Positions 1 to 9,976 of a stretch of 64,000 nt of DNA are shown one piece after another. Position 1 is the stretch's first letter; each line of letters begins with the position of its first letter. Origin of the DNA: a virus; the IMG/VR virus record IMGVR_UViG_3300032241_000811, positions 45,581 to 109,580 of that record; one strand, 5' to 3'. Under the pieces are notes generated by a model that worked only from the letters and a program-made list of their open reading frames with translations, searched no databases and was not told where the DNA came from. Position numbers and translations under genes: made by a program.

Positions 1-797
1 TCAGCAATCGTGACATATTCCAGGCTTCCATAATCATCGCTCATATTTTTCACTGATACGTTGAAAGCTAGAAGCAAACAAATAGCTAACGGATCAAAAA
101 CTGCGATAATAATTATTATAACAAAACGGATGGCTTTGTCAACTACTTTCGTATCATCAGAGCCATAAATTAGTTCTGCAACATATTTGATAGGTCCAAC
201 TTCTGCTTCAACCTTTTTATTTTCAGATTCAAGCTTGATCTTTTCAACTTTGAGGCTGGATAGTGTTTCAACTTCCTTTTGCTTTTGATCTATAAGTGCC
301 TTGCGGTTTGCCTTTTGCTGTTCATTGATTGTTATGGAAGTTGTTGCACGCCCCTTTTCAATCAGCTTATTTACTGAGTTATCAATGACTGCAATCTGCT
401 TGTCTATATCATCCACAACACCTTGTTGGATTGAAATCTTTCCATCTACAATCTGAATCTGTTCAGATACGCCTGTGTTGACGGCTAACTGTTGATCAAT
501 ATGTGCGCGGGATAGAAATCCAAATATGCCCATGCTGGTGATAAGCATCAACACAATGATTGCAGAGAAAAGATAAACGCGAGTCAGTAGAGGCGCAATC
601 TTCCAGTTGTTATACAACCAAGAGACAGCGACAAGTTTACCTGTCTCTAATGCTGTGCCCATGATCAGAATCGACCAGAATGCTCCTGCAAACAGCGTTG
701 TCAAACCCACAACAGAATAATATGCTGCAACACCAGAAATGGTAATGCCGGATAGAAATGTAAGTATAGGAAGTAGTTTATTTGTGGTCTGTTTCAT
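1..797 (-). CDS. Multi-pass membrane protein with central coiled coil (partial, runs off window start)
   Basis: Not in ORF track; ATG at 797 reads MKQTTNKLLPILTFLSGITISGVAAYYSVVG... with hydrophobic N-terminal helices, a Q/K/E-rich coiled coil and a hydrophobic C-terminal segment; CATAAATA late-promoter variant at 803-810. Confidence 0.75.
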   Translation of the reverse strand, partial: MKQTTNKLLPILTFLSGITISGVAAYYSVVGLTTLFAGAFWSILIMGTALETGKLVAVSWLYNNWKIAPLLTRVYLFSAIIVLMLITSMGIFGFLSRAHIDQQLAVNTGVSEQIQIVDGKISIQQGVVDDIDKQIAVIDNSVNKLIEKGRATTSITINEQQKANRKALIDQKQKEVETLSSLKVEKIKLESENKKVEAEVGPIKYVAELIYGSDDTKVVDKAIRFVIIIIIAVFDPLAICLLLAFNVSVKNMSDDYGSLEYVTIA

Positions 798-805
798 AGA
801 CCTAT

Positions 806-3391
806 TTATGCGAAGAAGTCCTCCAGTGATGAAACCTTTTCTGTCTTCCATCCGATAGCATTCAAAATGATACGAACAGGCTCGACAAACGCCTTTTCAT
901 ATTGGGTTTCATAGTCTATGTAGTTATCTAAACCAAACTCTTTTGGCAAAGATTGAGGAAATGCAATGATGTCTGACTGTATAGCATTGGGCTCCTTGAG
1001 ATAGATATACTTGATCTTCTCACCTTCATTGATGCGATTATACCGCTTTGTCAGATTTTTTTCCTTGAGCAAATGATTATAGAGCAATGAGCCACGCACA
1101 TGGATTGGTGTTCCCTTGTCATAGATGCGTGTCTTGTGGCTATACTCAGATAACCCATTCACGCCACGAGGAAATGAAATCTCAGGCGGCGATGTCTTGC
1201 TAAACTGTTTGCGATAGTCATCAATGAATGCAATCACATCTTCTTCTGTACCATTCAGAATGATATCAACAATCTTTTTGAGTTTGTCTCGGCAGTCAGA
1301 TGGAGTTGAGGATTTTACCATTTCTAAACCCATGACCTTAACCTTGGGCTTTGCATAGTCAACACCTTCATTATTATGCACATTGAGGATATAGCGTTTC
1401 TTTGCCGTCCAGATACCCTTGTCAGCAAGAGCCTCTCGCTTCATCTTCATTTTTTGCGCATAGGCATTGATATACTCAGCAAGGTTAGAATAAGACTTGT
1501 CAATAAACTGTTGTATCTTAGCTTCGCAAACACGGTCCATGAAGGCGATGATATATTTTGTGTCAGCATTTGGTTTCTCTTCAGTAATAGTTCTGCTGAC
1601 CAAATCAGCAAGCGATAGGTAAATACTATCCGTATCTGATGCAATAACATAGTCCTTGTCCTCGGTGTTTTTCAGAATCTTATTCATATATAGATTCATT
1701 TCGTTTTCAATCCATCTAATGGCTAACTGCCCAGATGTGGTAATAGCAGATGCAAGTCGGATATCAAAGAAACGGAAATATTCAGAACCCAATGCACCAT
1801 AAGCTGAGTTCAATGAAACTTTCTTGGCCAATTGCAGATTGTTATATCGTGCAATTCGCTTCTCTACTTCAAATCGCTTGGCTGGGTCTGTTTCTTTTTC
1901 AAGTTCTTTCTTTGCTTCTATGGACTTTTTCTTATAAACAGCACGGTCATTATACATAGCTTCCATCAACTCAGCAAGGAAGCCCTGCTTAGACTTGTCA
2001 AAGAACTGTGCATTTGGAGATAGCGTTGCATTGATTGTTTCCAACGCGCTGAGTTCAATCTCTTTATTCAACAGTTTATTCACATTCACACCTTGAGATA
2101 AGATGCGGTGGTGTGTGTCAGTATACTTTTCTGGTGGTATAAACGTATCTGGCGAAATGTTCCACTGCATAATCAAATGTGGATAGAGTGAATTGAGGTC
2201 AAAGCTTGCAACCCACTTATGCATACCCAGTATAGGGTCTTTGACATATGCGCCAATGTAAGCAGAATCCTTTGAGTGTGTAGTCAAAGGAGGAATTACA
2301 ATGTTCTTGGATTTGAGATGATTATAGATGATTACATCCCACATCCTGACTTGTGTGAATACATCATCATAATTGCACTTGTTATCATAAGCCAAAGTCA
2401 AGGATAACTCAATCAACTTGAGTTTGTCATCTAGGCGACCGACAAGTTCAACGTCTTTGATGTTATACTCAATGAACTTCTGGTAGTTTTCTTTATAGAG
2501 ATTGTGCAGATTGCCATATTCTTCATATGACATCTTTCTCTCATTCAGTTCCAAATGGCAGATGGCATCAAGCTTATAGGACTCTTGTGAGTTGCCGCCA
2601 GGCGCAAACTTCTTATAGAGTTCAAGATAATCCAGAATAGCAATGCCAATAGGCTCATAAGATGTTTGCTTACGCCCCATAAGAACTACTGTGCGCTCAG
2701 ATAGTTTGTTCCAAGGTGAGATACGATTGGCCATATCATCGCCGAGCAAAATACGAATACGATTGATGAGATAGGGAATATCAAAGAACTTGACGTTCCA
2801 TCCTGTGATGATGTCTGGATAATCGCCAGACCATTCGTCAATAAATCTCTTGAGCAAGTCTGTTTCAGACCAGCATTTGATATAATGCACATCGGGGCGA
2901 GGATTGTCAAAGTCCCCACAGCCAAGCGCAATGAACTTGCCTTGGTTGTTCTTGAATGTGATTGCTGTGATGGGTTCTGCCGCTGTTGCAGGCTCAGGGA
3001 AACCATTTTCAGAACCAACCTCGATGTCAATGTTGGTAATGTTGATTAGGTTGATATCCCAATCAATATGTCTTTCTGGAAATGTTTCAGCAATATACTG
3101 GTACTCATAACGCTGCATACCATAGATGGTGAAGTTTTGCACATCTTGATACTGCTTGACAAATTCACGACATTCATAGATTGTCCCAGGATTTACCTCT
3201 GAAACATATTCTCCATGAATAGTCGTGAACTTTGTAGGCTGATTTGATCTGAGAAATAATGTAGGCTGAAATGACAGCCTCTTTCTTACTTTTGTGTTAC
3301 CATTCTCAACTCCCCGATAGAGGATTTTTGAGCCAAATGTTTGGACATTAGTATAAAAGAAAGAAGATGAAGCTGCTTTGTCATTCGTCAT
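806..3391 (-). CDS. 43: Family B DNA polymerase (T4 gp43)
   Basis: DIEV exonuclease I, FDLNSLYP, KVSLNSAYG, ASDTDS motifs; C-terminal clamp-binding SLEDFF. Confidence 0.98.
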   Translation of the reverse strand: MTNDKAASSSFFYTNVQTFGSKILYRGVENGNTKVRKRLSFQPTLFLRSNQPTKFTTIHGEYVSEVNPGTIYECREFVKQYQDVQNFTIYGMQRYEYQYIAETFPERHIDWDINLINITNIDIEVGSENGFPEPATAAEPITAITFKNNQGKFIALGCGDFDNPRPDVHYIKCWSETDLLKRFIDEWSGDYPDIITGWNVKFFDIPYLINRIRILLGDDMANRISPWNKLSERTVVLMGRKQTSYEPIGIAILDYLELYKKFAPGGNSQESYKLDAICHLELNERKMSYEEYGNLHNLYKENYQKFIEYNIKDVELVGRLDDKLKLIELSLTLAYDNKCNYDDVFTQVRMWDVIIYNHLKSKNIVIPPLTTHSKDSAYIGAYVKDPILGMHKWVASFDLNSLYPHLIMQWNISPDTFIPPEKYTDTHHRILSQGVNVNKLLNKEIELSALETINATLSPNAQFFDKSKQGFLAELMEAMYNDRAVYKKKSIEAKKELEKETDPAKRFEVEKRIARYNNLQLAKKVSLNSAYGALGSEYFRFFDIRLASAITTSGQLAIRWIENEMNLYMNKILKNTEDKDYVIASDTDSIYLSLADLVSRTITEEKPNADTKYIIAFMDRVCEAKIQQFIDKSYSNLAEYINAYAQKMKMKREALADKGIWTAKKRYILNVHNNEGVDYAKPKVKVMGLEMVKSSTPSDCRDKLKKIVDIILNGTEEDVIAFIDDYRKQFSKTSPPEISFPRGVNGLSEYSHKTRIYDKGTPIHVRGSLLYNHLLKEKNLTKRYNRINEGEKIKYIYLKEPNAIQSDIIAFPQSLPKEFGLDNYIDYETQYEKAFVEPVRIILNAIGWKTEKVSSLEDFFA

Positions 3392-3394
3392 TAT

Positions 3395-3727
3395 TTACCT
3401 TGGTAGAATCAGTTTGTTACTGTTTTGTGGAAGAACTAAACCACCAAATAGGGACTTATACTGGTTCAGAAACTCCGGGATGGGGTTCATTATACAGACA
3501 ATATGGCTGTTGTCAATAGTAAAGTCCTTGTCGTCAGAAAATTCTGCCCAAGGCAAGAAACCAATATTGGGTGTCTTGGGATCAGCCTTTGACACACCAG
3601 CATAGACGACACGAATCGGCTGCCGAATGGTAGTTGTCCTATCGCTCTTAGCCACAACTTCGGCTAAGAGTTCATCACGATTGGACATCTTGATAAGCTT
3701 GATCTTGTTTGTTTCTGTAGTCATCAT
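3395..3727 (-). CDS. Conserved T4-like hypothetical protein (possible Sm-like fold)
   Basis: 110 aa, tightly packed before gp43, beta-rich pattern. Confidence 0.6.
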   Translation of the reverse strand: MMTTETNKIKLIKMSNRDELLAEVVAKSDRTTTIRQPIRVVYAGVSKADPKTPNIGFLPWAEFSDDKDFTIDNSHIVCIMNPIPEFLNQYKSLFGGLVLPQNSNKLILPR

Positions 3728-3733
3728 ATCACC

Positions 3734-3919
3734 TCAAACATCTAACTGGAGAAGCCAATCAAATACCCCGACAGTCATCCACTTCTCTGGAATGTAAGTC
3801 AAACGGTGCCCGCTCTCAGACTTATAGACATACTTATTGTCATAGTCTATGACCTTGACGATCTTCTCCCACTTGCCGTCATATTCGCGCTGCTTGAACT
3901 GAGTTTCGAGGATTTTCAT
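3734..3919 (-). CDS. Hypothetical protein
   Basis: 61 aa, AGGAG SD upstream. Confidence 0.6.
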   Translation of the reverse strand: MKILETQFKQREYDGKWEKIVKVIDYDNKYVYKSESGHRLTYIPEKWMTVGVFDWLLQLDV

Positions 3920-3928
3920 TTTTATCTC

Positions 3929-4159
3929 CTAGTTATTGAATGCGTTTGGTGTTTTCAGTTTCTCGGCGGTTGTGACAGTCACATTACCATTCTCATTATT
4001 GAGTAGAAACAATGGTGTCAACCCTGCGTTTTTATATTCGTCTGCCATCTTGATGATCTTTTGCAGGTTGCTGCCTTTTTCAGGACCAAGAATATCAAGC
4101 CCTTCTTGAATCATCTGTTGTGAAATCACTATCAGATTATCTTCTTCACCAGAAATCAC
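3929..4159 (-). CDS. Hypothetical protein
   Basis: 76 aa in packed early cluster. Confidence 0.55.
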   Translation of the reverse strand: MISGEEDNLIVISQQMIQEGLDILGPEKGSNLQKIIKMADEYKNAGLTPLFLLNNENGNVTVTTAEKLKTPNAFNN

Positions 4160-4439
4160 GATCTACCTCTTTTTCTTCTGCTATCTTTTCGTTTACTAGC
4201 TTGGTAATACATTCATCACATATAGGGCCCAACTCATATCTGTCAGGAGAAGCATTCAACTCATACTTTTTCATATCAGCTACTCTTGAACCATAGTAGC
4301 CTTGAATGTAGTGCTTGCCCTCTGATAGATATACATCTGCTGCACAACCATAAAACTGGTCTGTATTGTAGCTGCCAGGAAATACTTCCTGTGTATAAGT
4401 TTCACCACAAGTCTTGCATATGATACGAGGTGTGATCAT
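4146..4439 (-). CDS. Hypothetical protein with CxxC pairs (possible zinc binding)
   Basis: CKTC and CDEC motifs; ATGA overlap with upstream gene. Confidence 0.55.
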   Translation of the reverse strand: MITPRIICKTCGETYTQEVFPGSYNTDQFYGCAADVYLSEGKHYIQGYYGSRVADMKKYELNASPDRYELGPICDECITKLVNEKIAEEKEVDRDFW

Positions 4440-4882
4440 TTTCTCTTTTCAAACTCATCAATGTATTGCGTCAATGCTGTCTTGACACCCAGGCCAATCA
4501 AAGAATCCCTCACATCAATAGGCAAGTCAAGAGTGAGAGTCAACGAGCCATCATCGTTCTCAACAGTTGATACAATCAGATCATCCGGTTCTGAAACAGG
4601 ATTATACATCTCCTCAAAGATGTGCTTCTTGTTGAACCAATACTCACCCTTTGGTCCCTTGATAAGATAGTCACCATTCATTGCGGTCATATGCCCTTCT
4701 AGTGTGATGATCGTGAGAGCAGACATATCCAGAGGATCAATAGGGTTGATGCGATGCACAGCCTTGTCTTCATAGATTGCTCTATGAACCCAATCAGGAA
4801 TGTTACCTTGATTATCTATCTCCAAGGTATCTATCTGCCAAGCATCCACAGGGATGGGCTTCTTGATGTATTTACCTACCAT
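4436..4882 (-). CDS. Small phage protein of the KKP..EA / TLEG / GD.LI.G..GE family (PGDYG-like)
   Basis: KYIKKPIPVDAWQ, ITLEGHMTAMNGDYLIKGPKGEYW motifs. Confidence 0.6.
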   Translation of the reverse strand: MVGKYIKKPIPVDAWQIDTLEIDNQGNIPDWVHRAIYEDKAVHRINPIDPLDMSALTIITLEGHMTAMNGDYLIKGPKGEYWFNKKHIFEEMYNPVSEPDDLIVSTVENDDGSLTLTLDLPIDVRDSLIGLGVKTALTQYIDEFEKRK

Positions 4883-4894
4883 GATTGTCCTTTA

Positions 4895-5158
4895 TTACAT
4901 CTGAGACTTGTCGCCCTGAGCCATGCCAGAAAGAATGTCCTTAGGGGCCGCAGGAATGCACTGATAGTAAACTGTGCCGTTATTCGTTCCAATAGAGTTC
5001 TGTTCTTTACCAGCAATCTGATCACCATAGTATTTGCACTTCTTTTCAGTGCTATCATCTGGCGTGTTTGGAAAATACAACTTGTTATTGACTGTACCGT
5101 TTTGCAGAATTGTAGTGACAACTAAAATCCAAATCATAATCATATACCTTTCATACAA
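4895..5158 (-). CDS. Small exported/membrane-anchored protein
   Basis: Hydrophobic N-terminus, two Cys. Confidence 0.5.
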   Translation of the reverse strand: MYERYMIMIWILVVTTILQNGTVNNKLYFPNTPDDSTEKKCKYYGDQIAGKEQNSIGTNNGTVYYQCIPAAPKDILSGMAQGDKSQM

Positions 5159-5360
5159 GTAGTTTGAGTTTGGGAGATAAGCGACTCAGTTGAAGAAGTG
5201 CTTCTTCCTTTTGATCGCGCATAAGAAGTTCTTGAATGTGGTCCAAGGAATCAGTCCACTTTTCATTTATCTTATATCCTCGGCTTTCCAGTTCATCAAT
5301 AAGTTCATTATCTGAAAATTCATCCAGATCAACCTTAACCTCTGCTGATACATGAGCCAT
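5151..5360 (-). CDS. Hypothetical early protein
   Basis: 69 aa directly downstream of promoter at 5398-5426. Confidence 0.6.
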   Translation of the reverse strand: MAHVSAEVKVDLDEFSDNELIDELESRGYKINEKWTDSLDHIQELLMRDQKEEALLQLSRLSPKLKLLV

Positions 5361-5397
5361 GGTGACTTCTTTTCTCCATTCAAGTTATTAATATGAC

Positions 5398-5426
5398 ACT
5401 ATAGCAAAAGCTTGATGGTAAGTCAA
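5398..5426 (-). promoter_or_regulatory. Sigma70-type promoter TTGACT-N17-TATAGT
   Basis: Exact 17-bp spacer; overlaps inverted repeat AAAGCTTGA/TCAAGCTTT. Confidence 0.75.
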
Positions 5427-5434
5427 GCTTTATT

Positions 5435-5584
5435 TTATTGCCCTCTACCAGATGGTCTTCTGGAAGGCTTCCTCATAGCTGCACTGGAAGGCTTTTTTGG
5501 TGTTTCCAGTTTGGGCTTTCTGACCTTGCTAAGACGAGCAGCGGCTTCAGAAATGTAATCACGAATGGATTTATTATTAGGCAT
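5435..5584 (-). CDS. Small basic protein, 49 aa (MPNNKSIRDYISEAAARLSKVRKPK...)
   Basis: Below ORF-track cutoff; AGGAGA SD upstream, fills the intergenic gap. Confidence 0.6.
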   Translation of the reverse strand: MPNNKSIRDYISEAAARLSKVRKPKLETPKKPSSAAMRKPSRRPSGRGQ

Positions 5585-5596
5585 TGAGTATCTCCT

Positions 5597-6484
5597 TTAT
5601 GCTATCAACGATTCTATCTTGTCTTGCAAGTCTTGTACACCAGTGAACTTATGCCCAATGAACTTGCATTTCAACTTGTCATAACTGCCGTAGAAAAAGC
5701 ATGTTATGTCAGGGTCTTTACTAAATGACATGAATGTTTTGTTTGGGTTCATCAGGTTCTCTCTGGTATGTGTAAAGCAGAATGGTCCTGAGTCTCGCCC
5801 AATAATCACATCACAGAATGTGGATATGTATCCAATCTCATTCAAATCGGTTCTATTCAGCTTATTGATTTCAGTTGTGGATATGATGTTATTCTGCTTG
5901 TGTTCAAACCGCTTTGTCACGATAAACATCTTGTCTTGATGCTTCTCAGCGATGAACCTTATCATTTCAGACATATCACTATTGAACTCTGGTATCTGCT
6001 TACTCATACCTGGACCGTTAGATATTAGAATCTTTTTTCGCTTTTCAATGCGATCAAACTCTTTTGCATTGTCAATGGCATAATAAGAATAGTCAGTAGT
6101 TGGCAGCCAGAACTCATCTTGCGGCTTGGGCATCAGATTAAGATGAAACATATTGTTCAGCAGTCTTATGATTTCGCAGTAGAACTTGTAATAGAAGTTC
6201 CATGTAACTTCTGCTTGATTGAATACCTTTAAGTAAGTTCCCAGCCAAGTATTGACAAGCACTGCATCAGGCCCATAAAGTATTGTTGCATGATCTGATA
6301 TAGCACTGGTGTTGAATGGACCCTGTGGAATATTCAAGTCTCTGACAACCCAATATCCATTCAGATGTGCATAAGAAAACTCAGAATTTGGTAACTGGCT
6401 CATCAAGTCACGCACCAATGGCTTGGTGTAATGCAAATCACCATTATGATAGTGATTGTAGAATATGATCTTCTGCCCCATCAT
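5597..6484 (-). CDS. Putative glycosyltransferase (GT9-like GT-B fold)
   Basis: N-terminal HNGD and C-terminal VIIGRDSGP resemble GT9 motifs; in sugar island. Confidence 0.5.
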   Translation of the reverse strand: MMGQKIIFYNHYHNGDLHYTKPLVRDLMSQLPNSEFSYAHLNGYWVVRDLNIPQGPFNTSAISDHATILYGPDAVLVNTWLGTYLKVFNQAEVTWNFYYKFYCEIIRLLNNMFHLNLMPKPQDEFWLPTTDYSYYAIDNAKEFDRIEKRKKILISNGPGMSKQIPEFNSDMSEMIRFIAEKHQDKMFIVTKRFEHKQNNIISTTEINKLNRTDLNEIGYISTFCDVIIGRDSGPFCFTHTRENLMNPNKTFMSFSKDPDITCFFYGSYDKLKCKFIGHKFTGVQDLQDKIESLIA

Positions 6485-6873
6485 ACGCCTTTATATAACT
6501 TCACTGAGTTTTCTTTGAGTGCCTTGCCGTTGACAATGGCATCATCAAGTATCTGGTTGATTGCTTGCACCAGCTTGGGGCGCTTGACTTTGAAGCATTG
6601 GTCGATCTTCTGCTTGATGTCTGCAATATCTTCTGGTGTTGTTGCTTCCTTGATCTTATCTTCAAGCATCCAAGTCCTGATGTGAAGAATAATCAGCTTC
6701 TCTATTACCTCACCGATATTGTCGGTATTATTGTATTCCATTGCTCTTACAAACTGTGCTTTTTCAGTAAAGCTGTCAAAATCTGTAGCAAGATAAGTGC
6801 TTATTCGGTTCATCAACAACAGGTCGATGTATTCACCAATCACAAGGTTCTCATTCATATTCACATACTCCAT
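6481..6873 (-). CDS. DUF4254-like helical protein
   Basis: IGEVIEKLIILHIRTWMLED...KRPKLVQAIN; family typically lies beside nucleotide-sugar genes. Confidence 0.5.
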   Translation of the reverse strand: MEYVNMNENLVIGEYIDLLLMNRISTYLATDFDSFTEKAQFVRAMEYNNTDNIGEVIEKLIILHIRTWMLEDKIKEATTPEDIADIKQKIDQCFKVKRPKLVQAINQILDDAIVNGKALKENSVKLYKGV

Positions 6874-8039
6874 AAAATCTCACCAAGCATGTCCATATCC
6901 GCATTATGAACAAACTGGTTATTACCTATATATACACCATTTTCATGTAGGATGTCAACATTAAAATTGCCATTCTTATCTGATTCTATCTTGTAACCAG
7001 ATTCTTTCAGATAAGGCTGCCTCAAAAGGTTTCCGCCAACAATCGGTCTGTACTCAATGGAGTTTTCATTCAGAGTCTTTATCAAGTCTTGCTTTATCTC
7101 CTTGCTGCGGCAGATCAATGGAAAGCAGAACGAACTGTTATTGGGTGTGTTGTTGACTGGATAGAATAAGTCTTGACGCCCCTCAACTATATTATAGAAC
7201 ACTTCATGGTTATCTCTGCGAGTTTTTATAAAGCAATCAAGCTTCTTCAACTGTGATAACCCAAGCACAGCAGCAAGTTCTGTATTGCGGAAGTTATATC
7301 CGTCAAGCACAAACAAGAACTGTTTTTCAATGTCAGGATATTTTCTGTTATAAAAATGAGGAGCCAAGGCGTTGCGTGACATACCATGTGAACGCATCAT
7401 ACGCATTGCATTATATAACTCGGTGTCATTGGTTGTAATCATACCACCTTCAATGGTTGACATATGATGCCCAAAGTAGAAAGAGAAAGTTGCGCCAGTG
7501 CTTCTTGAACCAACCAAATCTCCATGATGATCTACGCAGCCGTGTGATTCACAAACATCATCAATATAGATAGCATTGGGCAGAATCTTCTTGAATAGAT
7601 GCACTGGTGCTGGAATGCCCAATAGATGTGTGACAAACACAGCCTTGATGTCAGTATGCTTCTCAGAAATGTATTTGAGATTGTGCAGATCAAAAGAATA
7701 GTTATGCAGATCAATGTCACAAAATATAGGCTGCAACCCCAACTGTATGATAGGGTTGATGTTCGTCACCCAGGTGCAAGCAGGAACAACAACCTTGTCA
7801 CCCTTGTTGAGGCGCTTGGTTGCTATCAATGCAGCAATCAGCAAAAAGTTTGCGGTGCTACCAGAAGATACAAACAAAGAGTGTTTGCCGCCCAACCACC
7901 AAGACCATTCGCGTTCAAATTCTTCAACTTTCTTGCCCTGTGTGAACTTGTCTGTTGTCAAAACAAACTTTGCTAGTTTCAGCCTGTCCATGAATGACAA
8001 GCTGTTCTTTTGCAGGGGCCAATCAAACTCTGATTTCAT
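6861..8039 (-). CDS. DegT/DnrJ-family PLP enzyme, His-type (ColD/RfbH-like sugar 3-dehydratase)
   Basis: VSSGSTAN, DDVCESHG, FSFYFGHHMSTIEGG with His at the usual Schiff-base Lys position. Confidence 0.8.
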   Translation of the reverse strand: MKSEFDWPLQKNSLSFMDRLKLAKFVLTTDKFTQGKKVEEFEREWSWWLGGKHSLFVSSGSTANFLLIAALIATKRLNKGDKVVVPACTWVTNINPIIQLGLQPIFCDIDLHNYSFDLHNLKYISEKHTDIKAVFVTHLLGIPAPVHLFKKILPNAIYIDDVCESHGCVDHHGDLVGSRSTGATFSFYFGHHMSTIEGGMITTNDTELYNAMRMMRSHGMSRNALAPHFYNRKYPDIEKQFLFVLDGYNFRNTELAAVLGLSQLKKLDCFIKTRRDNHEVFYNIVEGRQDLFYPVNNTPNNSSFCFPLICRSKEIKQDLIKTLNENSIEYRPIVGGNLLRQPYLKESGYKIESDKNGNFNVDILHENGVYIGNNQFVHNADMDMLGEILWSM

Positions 8040-8970
8040 TTGTATCTCTGTTGTTCAAATACCAGTCTATTGTCATTCTCAGACCTTGACGCAGATCAAC
8101 TTTTGGTTTCCATCCAAGAGCATCCATCTTTGATGTGTCTAATGCTCTGCGTGGTGTGCCATTTGGTTTTGATGTATCCCAAACAATCTGACCTTGATAG
8201 CCAAAGATGTCTGCTACAGTTTCGGCAAGTTCCTTGATCGTCACTTCATGGTTTGGTCCAATGTTGATAGGACCAGGGTCATCATAGTTGTTCATCAAGA
8301 AGATGCAAGCATCAGCAAGGTCATCACTATATAGAAACTCTCTGGTTGGTGTGCCATCTCCAAAACAGGTTATTGTCTGATAGTTATTTTCCTTTGCAGC
8401 AATGAAGCGATTGATGAATGAAGGAATCACATGGCACTTCTCTGGATCAAAGTTATCGTGAATGCCATATAGATTATTTGGCATGACTGAGACTGTCTTG
8501 AAGCCATACTGCTCTGTATATTTCTGGCACATTGTCAGACCAATGATCTTTGACAGCGCATAGCCTATGTTAGTAGGTTCCATTGGACCTGTGAGCAGGT
8601 CTGTTTCCTTGATTGGAACAGGAGCAAACTTGGGGTAGATGCAAGCTGAACCCAAGAATAATAGCTTCTTGGCTCCTGATACATATGCTGAATCAATCAC
8701 ATTTGTCTGTATAAGCAGATTGTCTCTGATGTATTCTGCTGGGTGCTTTTGATTATGCCCAATGCCACCAACCTTTGCTGCTGCTAGAAACACATAGTCA
8801 GGCTTCTCTGCTCTGAAAAGTTCAAATGTTTCTTGCTGATTGCGAAAGTCGCATCTTTGACGCCCAACACCTACGATGTTTGTATAGCCTTGCTGTCTCA
8901 GTTGTCGGTCAATAGCAGAACCAACAAGACCATTAGCCCCTGCTATCAAAATCTTCTCATTACTGTCCAT
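8023..8970 (-). CDS. fcl: GDP-L-fucose synthase / ColC-like epimerase-reductase
   Basis: [38 protein letters not shown]. Confidence 0.92.
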   Translation of the reverse strand: MDSNEKILIAGANGLVGSAIDRQLRQQGYTNIVGVGRQRCDFRNQQETFELFRAEKPDYVFLAAAKVGGIGHNQKHPAEYIRDNLLIQTNVIDSAYVSGAKKLLFLGSACIYPKFAPVPIKETDLLTGPMEPTNIGYALSKIIGLTMCQKYTEQYGFKTVSVMPNNLYGIHDNFDPEKCHVIPSFINRFIAAKENNYQTITCFGDGTPTREFLYSDDLADACIFLMNNYDDPGPINIGPNHEVTIKELAETVADIFGYQGQIVWDTSKPNGTPRRALDTSKMDALGWKPKVDLRQGLRMTIDWYLNNRDTNEIRV

Positions 8971-9976
8971 AGAGACACATCTCCTTTACAAGGTCTTTGA
9001 ATGAATACTGTGGCTTCCAACCAAGTGCTTTACGCGCCTTTGTGGAATCACCCAATAGCGTTTCAACTTCTGATGGTCTGAAGTATCTTTCATTGATGCG
9101 AATACGAACTTCACCAGTCTGATCAACACCAACTTCATTCAATCCTTCACCCTGCCATGTGATATTCATGCCAAAATATGGTGCAGCTTCATTGACGAAA
9201 TCCCTGACTGAATACTGCTCACCAGTAGCTATGACATAATCATCTGGCTCTGGTTGTTGCAGCATCAGCCACATTGCTTCAACAAAGTCTTTTGCATGAC
9301 CCCAATCTCGCTTTGCATTGAGATTACCAAGTTCCAAGACTTTTTGATAACCAGAACTGATGCGAGACAGCCCCTTGACAATCTTGCGTGTCACGAATGT
9401 TTCACCGCGTCTTGGTGATTCGTGATTGAATAGAATGCCTGATGAGCAGTGCATACCATATGCTTCACGATAGTTCTTTACAATCCAGAAGCCATAAATC
9501 TTAGCCACACCATATGGCGATCTCGGATAGAACGGTGTCTTTTCTGTCTGTGGCGTTTCTTGCACCAGCCCATAGAGTTCAGATGTTGAAGCCTGATAGA
9601 TACGAACCTGCTTCTCCAGGCCCAATAGCCTCACAGCTTCCAAAACACGCAGCGTTCCCAAAGCATCTACTTGACCAGTATACTCTGGAATCTCAAATGA
9701 TACTTTGACATGGGACTGTGCGCCCAGATTGTAAATCTCTGTGGGTTGTATATCCTTGATGATACGAATCAGGCTTGAACCATCAGTCAAGTCACCATAA
9801 TGCAGTTTCAGCTTATGATAGATATGGTCGATGCGATCTGTATTGATCAGAGAAGCACGGCGCACAATGCCATGCACTTCATATCCCTTTTCAAGCAACA
9901 ACTCAGCCAAGAATGAACCGTCTTGCCCGGTGATGCCTGTTATCAGTGCTACATTTCTGGGTCTTATCGCTGTCAT
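8960..9976 (-). CDS. gmd: GDP-mannose 4,6-dehydratase
   Basis: [43 protein letters not shown]. Confidence 0.97.
   Translation of the reverse strand: MTAIRPRNVALITGITGQDGSFLAELLLEKGYEVHGIVRRASLINTDRIDHIYHKLKLHYGDLTDGSSLIRIIKDIQPTEIYNLGAQSHVKVSFEIPEYTGQVDALGTLRVLEAVRLLGLEKQVRIYQASTSELYGLVQETPQTEKTPFYPRSPYGVAKIYGFWIVKNYREAYGMHCSSGILFNHESPRRGETFVTRKIVKGLSRISSGYQKVLELGNLNAKRDWGHAKDFVEAMWLMLQQPEPDDYVIATGEQYSVRDFVNEAAPYFGMNITWQGEGLNEVGVDQTGEVRIRINERYFRPSEVETLLGDSTKARKALGWKPQYSFKDLVKEMCLYGQ

Noticed and set aside
806-3391. Intein or intron in gp43 (also checked gp17, gp46, uvsW)
   Set aside because: Lengths are normal and reading frames are continuous
6861-8039. Perosamine synthase call
   Set aside because: Catalytic Lys position is His
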